Source of the DNA: Geobacter metallireducens GS-15
Lineage (GTDB): Bacteria > Desulfobacterota > Desulfuromonadia > Geobacterales > Geobacteraceae
Direction: 5' to 3'
DNA: 32,000 nucleotides
Assembly (NCBI RefSeq): GCF_000012925.1
Contig: NC_007517.1
Location: forward strand, 3,540,001 to 3,572,000
This document shows positions 8,749 to 15,313 of this stretch, piece by piece. Position 1 is the first letter of the stretch. Every line of letters begins with the position of its first letter. The notes under the pieces were generated by a model that saw only the letters and a list, made by a program, of their open reading frames with translations, was not told the DNA's origin and did not search any database. The position numbers and the translations under genes are program-made.

Positions 8749-10085
8749 AGGATACCCTCCAGGTGCCGGGCCAGGGTGTCGATCTCCTCCCGGGTCCGCT
8801 TCTCGGTCACGGTCACCACCATGCACCGCTCCATCTCCGGATAGTAGGGGCTCAGGGGAACACCGGCGGCGACCCCTTTCCGCAGGAGCGCCGTGACCAC
8901 CTCCTCGGCGATCGTGGGGAGACAGACGGTGAACTCGTTGAAGGTGGCACCGCCGTTCATCACCTCGACCCCAGAGAGGGAGCCGAGGACCTTTTTCGCG
9001 TACTCGGCCTTATCGTAGTTGAGCCGCGCCAGCTCCGCAAACCCCTGGGCGCCGAGACTGGAGAGAAAGATGAGCCCCCGCAGGGCGCAGAGGCTCTGGT
9101 TGCTGCAGATGTTGGAGGTGGCCTTGTGGCGCTTGATGTGCTGTTCACGGGCCTGAAGGGTGAGGACGAAGCCCCGTTGTCCCTTTTTGTCCACGGTCTC
9201 GCCGATGATCCGGCCCGGCAAGTTGCGGATGTACTCCTTGCGGCTGGCGATGAAGCCGAAGGAGGGCCCCCCGAAGGAGAGGGGGTTGCCAAGGCTCTGG
9301 CCGTCCCCCACCACGACATCGGCCCCCATGGCGCCGGGGCTCTCGATGAGCCCCAGGGCCACCGGGTAGGCGGAGACCACCAGGAGCGCCCCGGCGGCAT
9401 GGGCGTCGGCAGCCAGCTTGCGGAAGTCGCTCACGCTCCCGAAGAAGTTGGGGTTCTGGACGAGGACCGCGGCAGTGGCGTCGTCGATGGCGGCCCGGAG
9501 CCGCAGGTCGTCCTCCATGCCGAGCTTGGGCCCGATCTCCACCAGCTCCACGTCCAGGTTGGCCAGGTAGGTCCTGACGACCTCCCGGTGAAAGGGGTTC
9601 ACGGCCCCGTCGATGACGAGGCGGTTTCGCCCCGTGATCCGCAGGGCCATCATGGCCGCCTCAGCCAGGGCCGTGCCGCCGTCGTAGAGGGAGGCGTTGG
9701 AGACCTCCATGCCGGTGAGGCGGCAGATGGCGGTCTGGTACTCGAAGAGGGCCTGGAGGGTCCCCTGGGAGCATTCGGGCTGGTACGGGGTGTAGGCGGT
9801 GTAGAATTCGGCCCGCCCCGAAAGGTGGTCCACCACGGCCGGGATCAGGTGGTCGTAGTAGCCGCCGCCGACAAAGTGTGCGAGGTGCTGGGCGTTCTTC
9901 CCGGCCAGGTGCTCGAACCGGCGGAGCATCTCGAACTCGGACATCCCCGCAGGGAGATCAAAGGAGCGGGCCCGCAACCCCGGCGGAATCGGCTGGAACA
10001 GGTCGTCGATGCTCGCCGCGCCCATGGCGGCCAGCATCTCCCGTACCTCCTCTGGCGTGTTGGGGCAGTAGCTGGCAGTGCTCAT
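8739..10085 (-). CDS. gcvPA: Glycine dehydrogenase (decarboxylating) subunit 1
   Basis: 448 aa. YTPYQPE.SQG.LQ..FE.Q is the P-protein subunit-1 signature. It has an ATGA overlap with the gcvH stop. Confidence 0.95.
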   Translation of the reverse strand: MSTASYCPNTPEEVREMLAAMGAASIDDLFQPIPPGLRARSFDLPAGMSEFEMLRRFEHLAGKNAQHLAHFVGGGYYDHLIPAVVDHLSGRAEFYTAYTPYQPECSQGTLQALFEYQTAICRLTGMEVSNASLYDGGTALAEAAMMALRITGRNRLVIDGAVNPFHREVVRTYLANLDVELVEIGPKLGMEDDLRLRAAIDDATAAVLVQNPNFFGSVSDFRKLAADAHAAGALLVVSAYPVALGLIESPGAMGADVVVGDGQSLGNPLSFGGPSFGFIASRKEYIRNLPGRIIGETVDKKGQRGFVLTLQAREQHIKRHKATSNICSNQSLCALRGLIFLSSLGAQGFAELARLNYDKAEYAKKVLGSLSGVEVMNGGATFNEFTVCLPTIAEEVVTALLRKGVAAGVPLSPYYPEMERCMVVTVTEKRTREEIDTLARHLEGILCS

Positions 10086-10456
10086 CCGAGGCTCCTCACG
10101 TACTCGTCATACTGGTCGCGGGTCATGAGCTTCTGGAGCTCGGCCGGATCCTCCATGTCCATAATTGCCATCCAGCCGGCGTCCTCGGCCGCCTCGTTGA
10201 CGATCTCGGGGCGCTCTTCAAGGGCCTCGTTCACCTGGGTCACCGTGCCGGAAACCGGGGCGTAGATGTCGCTGGCCGCCTTCACCGACTCGATGGCCGC
10301 CAGGACCTCGAACTGCTTCACGACCTTACCCACTTTCGGAAGCTCCACGAAAGTCACATCCCCCAACTGGTGGGCCGCATGCTCGGTGATCCCCACCAAC
10401 GCAACTCCTTCCTTGACCTTGACCCACTCGTGCTCCTTGGTGAAATAGATTTCCAT
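10082..10456 (-). CDS. gcvH: Glycine cleavage system H protein
   Basis: 124 aa starting [14 protein letters not shown], preceded by AAGGAGGG. The lipoyl-lysine motif ESVKAASD is present. Confidence 0.95.
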   Translation of the reverse strand: MEIYFTKEHEWVKVKEGVALVGITEHAAHQLGDVTFVELPKVGKVVKQFEVLAAIESVKAASDIYAPVSGTVTQVNEALEERPEIVNEAAEDAGWMAIMDMEDPAELQKLMTRDQYDEYVRSLG

Positions 10457-10506
10457 GTATCCCTCCTTGATTTTGATAACAGAATCCGTATCCGGCGAAA
10501 AATTTC

Positions 10507-11595
10507 TTATGAACGAAGCGACCCGCCCCGGTAGAAGGGAAGCTCCACCACCGTCGCCTCCATGCTCACCTTCTCGTGAGTTATGGTTAGGGGCGCGCCG
10601 AGGGTGGCCACCGAGGGATTCACGTATCCCATGCCGATGCCGCAACCGAGCATGGGGGAGAAGACGCCGCTGGTGACGGTGCCGACCCGCTCCCCCTCGA
10701 AGTGGATTTCATAGTCGTGGCGGGGGGAACGGCGGGAAGTGACGTCGAAGGCCACCTTGAGCCGCTTCACCCCTTCGGCCCGCTGCTTCAGGAGCGCCTC
10801 TTTGCCAACGAACGCCTTGTCGAAGTTGACGAAGGCCTCAAGCCCCGCCTCAAGGGGGGTGGTGGCCTCGTCGATGTCGCTCCCGTAGAGGCTGTACCCC
10901 ATCTCCAGCCGGAGCACATCCCGGGCGCCGAGGCCGGCGGGCTTCACCCGCTCGTCGGAGAGGAACCGGGTCCAGAGCTCCGCGCTCTTTTCCGCCGGAA
11001 GGAAGATCTCGTACCCCAACTCGCCGGTGTAGCCGGTGCGGCTCACGATGGCATCAACGCCGAGGACCTTCGTCCGGATGAACTTGAAGTAGGGGATGGC
11101 GGCAATCTCCGGGCCAACGACGCCGGAAAGGACCTCGCGGGAGAGGGGCCCCTGGAGGTCCAGCTTGCCAGTTTCAGCCGAAATATCCCGGAACTCCCCG
11201 CCGCAGAGCCGGGCAGAGATGGCGGCAAAGTCTTTCTCGATGGTGGCGGCGTTCACCACCACCATGGCCTCGTCATCGGCCAGGCGGAAGACGATGAGGT
11301 CGTCAATGACACCGCCGTTTTCGTTCAGGAGGAACCCGTAGCGGGAGCGCCCCACCGGGATCGACTTAACGGAGAAGGTAAAGACGTCTTCAAGCCCCGA
11401 GGCGACAATGTCCCCCTTGAAGTGAAACTCTCCCATGTGGCAGATGTCGAAGAGGGCCGCCTTCTCCCGGCACCAACGGTGCTCGGCAATGATCCCCTCG
11501 TACTGGATCGGCATGTTCCAGCCGCCGAAGGGGGCCATGAGGGCGTTCAGCTTCTCGTGTTCAGCGCAAAGGGGGGTGTTCTTGAGGGGTTCCAT
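10507..11595 (-). CDS. gcvT: Aminomethyltransferase (glycine cleavage T protein)
   Basis: 362 aa from the ATG preceded by GGAGGA. Typical GcvT blocks are present (FGGW.MP.QY, FD.SHMG, SRTGYTGE.G.E). Confidence 0.95.
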   Translation of the reverse strand: MEPLKNTPLCAEHEKLNALMAPFGGWNMPIQYEGIIAEHRWCREKAALFDICHMGEFHFKGDIVASGLEDVFTFSVKSIPVGRSRYGFLLNENGGVIDDLIVFRLADDEAMVVVNAATIEKDFAAISARLCGGEFRDISAETGKLDLQGPLSREVLSGVVGPEIAAIPYFKFIRTKVLGVDAIVSRTGYTGELGYEIFLPAEKSAELWTRFLSDERVKPAGLGARDVLRLEMGYSLYGSDIDEATTPLEAGLEAFVNFDKAFVGKEALLKQRAEGVKRLKVAFDVTSRRSPRHDYEIHFEGERVGTVTSGVFSPMLGCGIGMGYVNPSVATLGAPLTITHEKVSMEATVVELPFYRGGSLRS

Positions 11596-11731
11596 GACTG
11601 GTCCTCCGGCGGGGAAATTAAACAAGATACATAAAACTGGACTCTAATTGATTTGCCTGGCTTTGTAAAACACTATTGTACACCACAAAACCAGCGACGC
11701 CACCAGGTCAGGCAAGAGAAAATATCGGCGG

Positions 11732-12064
11732 TTACTCCACCTCCAACTCCTTCACCCGCAGCTCCTCCCCCGACACAACTCTCATGCCGTAGGCGCCACA
11801 GGCTGGACAGGGGTCGAAGTAGCCACGAACCGGAAATTCCTTTCCGCAGGAGGTGCATTCCCCACGACCCGGCACCCGCTCGATGACGAGCCGGGCACCC
11901 TCCAGGAGCGTATCCCGCGTGCAGGCCTCGAAGCAGAACTCGATCGCATCGGGGACCACGCCGGAGAGGTCGCCGATCTCCAGGGTCACCGCCAGGACCC
12001 GCCGCCCCCCGGCACTCTTCTCGCAGATCTCCACCACGCTCTGGGTTATGGACATCTCGTGCAT
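11732..12064 (-). CDS. hypA: Hydrogenase nickel-incorporation protein HypA
   Basis: 110 aa with the MHEMSI N-terminus (Ni site) and a CxxC...CxxC zinc site (CTSCG...CPACG). The ATG lies 6 nt after GGAAGGGGAG. The rest of track ORF 11732-12574 is unsupported. Confidence 0.9.
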   Translation of the reverse strand: MHEMSITQSVVEICEKSAGGRRVLAVTLEIGDLSGVVPDAIEFCFEACTRDTLLEGARLVIERVPGRGECTSCGKEFPVRGYFDPCPACGAYGMRVVSGEELRVKELEVE

Positions 12065-12236
12065 CTGCATCTCCCCTTCCGCAAAGCCCCGAGGGCCGTT
12101 TGTGCTTGAACGGGCATGATAGCAGAGCCGCCTCTCCGAGGAAAGAAAGGGATATACTTCCTTACTTCCTTGTCTCCACCGGCATGGGTAAGGTATACTT
12201 CCGCGGTATTTCACGCCGTTCTCCCCGAGGTTATCC

Positions 12237-13691
12237 ATGACCCTCAATACCAGGCTGGTTATGATCATGCTGACGCTCCTGGTCATCGCCATCCTCACGC
12301 TCTTCTTCCTGAACCAGTACAGCCAGAACGAGATGGTGCAGGAAATCCAGGAAAGCTCCACCATGGTGACCAAGGCCCTCCAGATGAGCATCGAGGACCT
12401 CACCTCCGAGTACGAGCCCGACCGGGGCCGCCTCACGGAGTACCTGAAGGAGGCGAAGGTCAAGGGGGTCAAGGAGATCAACATCTTCAGCAACGAGGGG
12501 GAGATTATCGACTCTTCGAACCCGGCGAAGATCGGGAAAAAGCGCGAGATCAAGAAGCTTGAGAAGGGTCTCAAGGTTTCCCCGGGGACGAAGACCGATG
12601 CCGGGTCGTCGCGGGCCTACGACCTGGTCGTTCCGGTCATCGTCGGCGACGAGCAGCTGGGCTATGTGCAGATTAACCTCCTCCTCGACAACATCCGCAC
12701 CATCCAGCACGAGAACTTCGTCAACCGGGTGGTGGCCACCTCCCTGGTCTTTCTCCTGGGCATATCCCTTACCATCTTCCTGGCAAAGCGCTACACCGCA
12801 CCCATCAACCACCTGGCGGACGGGGTGCGGCGGGTGGCCGTCGGGGACCTATCCGTCACGTTCCCGGTAACAACCGGTGATGAAATCGGTGAACTGGCCA
12901 AGAACTTCAACGAGATGGTGGAGAAGCTCCGGGAGAGGGAGATCCTCGAAAAGCGCCTCTACGAGGCCGAGCACCTCTCCCGGGTGGGGCAGCTCGCCTC
13001 GGGCATTGCCCACGAGATCCGAAACCCCCTCAACTACATCAGCCTCGCCATCGACCACCTGAAGAGCGAGTTTACGGCCGCCTGCCCGGACAAGACGGAG
13101 CGGGTCGTCCCCGTGGCCGACAAGATCAAGGAAGAGGTGCGGCGGGCCAACTACATGGTGGTCAACTTCATGAACTTCGGCCGCCCCCTGAAGTTGAGGA
13201 TAACGGAGATTTCCTACCGAGAGCTTATCGAAAAGGCGTTGCCGCTCCTTGAGGAAAAGCTCGCGGAACAGCGGGTAACGGTGCGCACCGCCATCCCCAC
13301 CGACCTTCCCGCCATGCGAGTCGACGGGGAGATGCTCCGCAACTGCCTCTTCAACTTCGTCACCAACGCCGCCCAGGCCATGCCCGACGGCGGCACCGTC
13401 ACCCTCGGCGCCACGTTCGACCGGGAGCAGAATCGCTTCCTCCTCACCTTCAGCGACGAGGGGTGCGGCATTCGGGAGGAGGACCTGGCGAAGGTATTCC
13501 AGCCCTGGTACACTACCCGCGAGGCCGGCATCGGCCTGGGCCTTGCCATCACCGAGCGGATCGTCCGGGAGCATGGGGGAGAAATCAGGGTGGCAAGCAG
13601 TGCCGGCAAGGGGACGACGTTTACGGTGCTTCTCCCCGGAGGGGAGAAGCCGGGACCGGGGACCAGGGACCGGGGACCAGGAAAAGACTAG
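12237..13691 (+). CDS. Sensor histidine kinase (2 TM segments + periplasmic domain, HAMP, HisKA, HATPase_c)
   Basis: Two hydrophobic segments flank a ~130-aa domain. It has a HAMP region (INHLADGVRRVAVGDL...ELAKNFNEM), an H-box (HEIRNPL), and N/G boxes (NAAQAM, DEGCGI, GIGLGL). The last ~11 residues are encoded by a heptamer repeat tract. Confidence 0.9.
   Translation: MTLNTRLVMIMLTLLVIAILTLFFLNQYSQNEMVQEIQESSTMVTKALQMSIEDLTSEYEPDRGRLTEYLKEAKVKGVKEINIFSNEGEIIDSSNPAKIGKKREIKKLEKGLKVSPGTKTDAGSSRAYDLVVPVIVGDEQLGYVQINLLLDNIRTIQHENFVNRVVATSLVFLLGISLTIFLAKRYTAPINHLADGVRRVAVGDLSVTFPVTTGDEIGELAKNFNEMVEKLREREILEKRLYEAEHLSRVGQLASGIAHEIRNPLNYISLAIDHLKSEFTAACPDKTERVVPVADKIKEEVRRANYMVVNFMNFGRPLKLRITEISYRELIEKALPLLEEKLAEQRVTVRTAIPTDLPAMRVDGEMLRNCLFNFVTNAAQAMPDGGTVTLGATFDREQNRFLLTFSDEGCGIREEDLAKVFQPWYTTREAGIGLGLAITERIVREHGGEIRVASSAGKGTTFTVLLPGGEKPGPGTRDRGPGKD
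13649..13681 (+). repeat. G-rich tandem heptamer tract A (GGGACCG GGGACCA x2) overlapping the kinase 3' end
   Basis: Read directly: GCCGGGACCGGGGACCAGGGACCGGGGACCAGG. Positions 13649-13666 are the exact reverse complement of 13754-13771. Confidence 0.85.
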
Positions 13692-13753
13692 AAACAAACG
13701 ACAGGGATCTAGCATGGGAAGAGGGATTGGGAGCAAAATCAGGTTTTACGTTA

Positions 13754-13786
13754 CTGGTCCCCGGTCCCGGCCTTTGCCGGTCCCTG
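13754..13786 (-). repeat. Inverted partner tract A' (CTGGTCCCCGGTCCCGGC ... CCGGTCCCTG) just upstream of the response-regulator RBS
   Basis: Read directly. It ends 5 nt before GAAGGAG (13792-13798), ahead of ATG 13803. Confidence 0.85.
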
Positions 13787-13802
13787 TCTCCGAAGGAGAC
13801 CA

Positions 13803-15191
13803 ATGACCGGAACCATTCTCATAGTTGACGACGAGCGGGCACAGCGGGAGATCATCCAGACGATCCTGGAGGGAGAAGGGTACCGCGTGGCAGCGGCTCC
13901 CGGAGGGCGCGAGGCCCTGGAGCAGCTCGAAACGAGCGAGTTCGACGTGATCCTCACGGACCTGAAGATGCAGGGGATGTCGGGGATGGAGCTCCTGGAG
14001 CGGGTCCTGGAGGCCGACCCCCTCCAGTGCGCCATCATGATGACCGCCCACGGCACCGTCGACTCGGCGGTGGAGGCCATGAAAAAGGGGGCCTTCGATT
14101 ATCTGGAGAAGCCCCTGGAGCGGGACAACCTCCTCCTCACCCTGCGCCGGGCCTTCGAGCGGGTGAATCTCCTGCGGGAGAACCGGGTCCTCCAGAAGCG
14201 GCTCAAGGAGACGAGCAGCATCCCCAACATCATCGGCGAACACCCGAAGATGCGGGAGGTCTTCCGGATCGTCACCAAGATCGCCCCCACCGCCTCAACA
14301 GTCCTCATCTACGGCGAGTCGGGGACCGGCAAGGAGCTGGTGGCCAAGGCGATCCACGACGGGAGCCCCCGGAAAGACAAGCCTTTCTTCGCCATAAACT
14401 GCGCCGCCATCCCCGAGAGCCTCATGGAGAGCGAGCTCTTCGGCCACGAGAAAGGGGCCTTCACCGGCGCCAGCTCCCGGGAGCTGGGAATTTTCGAGGC
14501 GGCCACCGGTGGGACGGTTTTCCTGGACGAAATCGGCGAGATGAGTGTGGCCATGCAGGCAAAGCTCCTGCGGGCCATCCAGTCGAAGGAGATCCGCCGG
14601 GTCGGGGGAAAGGTGAACATCCCCGTGGACGTGCGGATCATTTCCGCCACCAACCGGGACCTGGAGGCGGAGATCAAACGGGGGGGCTTCCGGGAGGACC
14701 TCTTCTACCGCCTGAACGTGATCCGGATCACTCTCCCCCCCCTGCGGGAGCGGGGGAGCGACATCGCGGCCCTGGCCGACTTCTTCGTGAAAAAGTGCAG
14801 CGCCCAGGCGGGAGTCACCGTCAGGGGGATCGCCAAACCGGCCCTGAAGCTCATCATGGACTACAGCTGGCCCGGCAACGTCCGGCAGTTGGAATCGGTC
14901 ATCGAGCGGGGGGCGCTCATGGCGGAAAGCGACCTGATCCAGCCCGAGGATCTGCCGGCCGAGATCACCGAAGGGCTCTCCCGGGCAGGATGGCTCCCCT
15001 TCGAGCTTCCCCCCGACGGAATCCAGTTCGATGAGCTGGAGCGCAACCTCATCATCAAGGCCATGGAACGGGCCGACTGGGTCATCGCCAAGGCGGCCCC
15101 GCTTCTGGGCATGAGCTACAAGACGCTTCAGTACCGGCTGGAGAAGTTCGAGATAGGCCGGGACCGGGGAACGGGGAACGGGGACCAGTAA
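13803..15191 (+). CDS. Sigma-54-dependent response regulator (REC + AAA+ + Fis-type HTH; NtrC family)
   Basis: REC domain (ILIVDDE ... TDLKM), Walker A (GESGTGKE), the GAFTGA sigma-54 contact loop (EKGAFTGA), and a C-terminal HTH (AAPLLGMSYKTLQYRL). The tail GRDRGTGNGDQ is encoded by heptamer tract B. Confidence 0.92.
   Translation: MTGTILIVDDERAQREIIQTILEGEGYRVAAAPGGREALEQLETSEFDVILTDLKMQGMSGMELLERVLEADPLQCAIMMTAHGTVDSAVEAMKKGAFDYLEKPLERDNLLLTLRRAFERVNLLRENRVLQKRLKETSSIPNIIGEHPKMREVFRIVTKIAPTASTVLIYGESGTGKELVAKAIHDGSPRKDKPFFAINCAAIPESLMESELFGHEKGAFTGASSRELGIFEAATGGTVFLDEIGEMSVAMQAKLLRAIQSKEIRRVGGKVNIPVDVRIISATNRDLEAEIKRGGFREDLFYRLNVIRITLPPLRERGSDIAALADFFVKKCSAQAGVTVRGIAKPALKLIMDYSWPGNVRQLESVIERGALMAESDLIQPEDLPAEITEGLSRAGWLPFELPPDGIQFDELERNLIIKAMERADWVIAKAAPLLGMSYKTLQYRLEKFEIGRDRGTGNGDQ
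15156..15188 (+). repeat. G-rich tandem heptamer tract B (GGGACCG GGGAACG GGGAACG GGGACCA) overlapping the regulator 3' end
   Basis: Read directly: GGCCGGGACCGGGGAACGGGGAACGGGGACCAG, followed by the TAA stop. Confidence 0.85.
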
Positions 15192-15280
15192 GAACCTTAC
15201 AATCTTTTCAGCACATACGAAAACGCCATCAACCAGTCAAATACGGAGGATGCAACGACCGACCGTGGATCAAGGGTTTT

Positions 15281-15305
15281 CCCGGTCCCCGGTCCCCGGT
15301 CCCGG
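15281..15305 (-). repeat. Inverted partner tract B' (CCCGGTCCCCGGTCCCCGGTCCCGG) overlapping the phosphorylase Shine-Dalgarno
   Basis: Read directly. Its last two G residues are the first two of GGAGG (15304-15308), ahead of ATG 15314. Positions 15293-15305 are the exact complement of 15158-15170. Confidence 0.85.
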
Positions 15306-15313
15306 AGGTTTCA

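Noticed and set aside
7237-10265. Long + strand ORFs (7237-8844, 8763-10265), and likewise 10702-11634, 5398-6525 and 2351-3274
   Set aside because: All are antisense to genes with unmistakable family motifs (gcvPB, gcvPA, gcvT, lipA, SDR). They have no motifs of their own and their composition is low-complexity.
11596-11731. Expected glycine riboswitch in the gcvT leader
   Set aside because: Reading the minus strand, I could not find the conserved aptamer cores (GGAGAG ... ACCGAAGGGGCAA ... CUCUGGAGAG). The leader is too short for a tandem aptamer. This needs cmsearch to be definitive.
12065-12574. N-terminal 170 codons of track ORF 11732-12574
   Set aside because: HypA homology starts at MHEMSI (12064) with its own SD. 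The upstream part overlaps the histidine-kinase gene in antisense.
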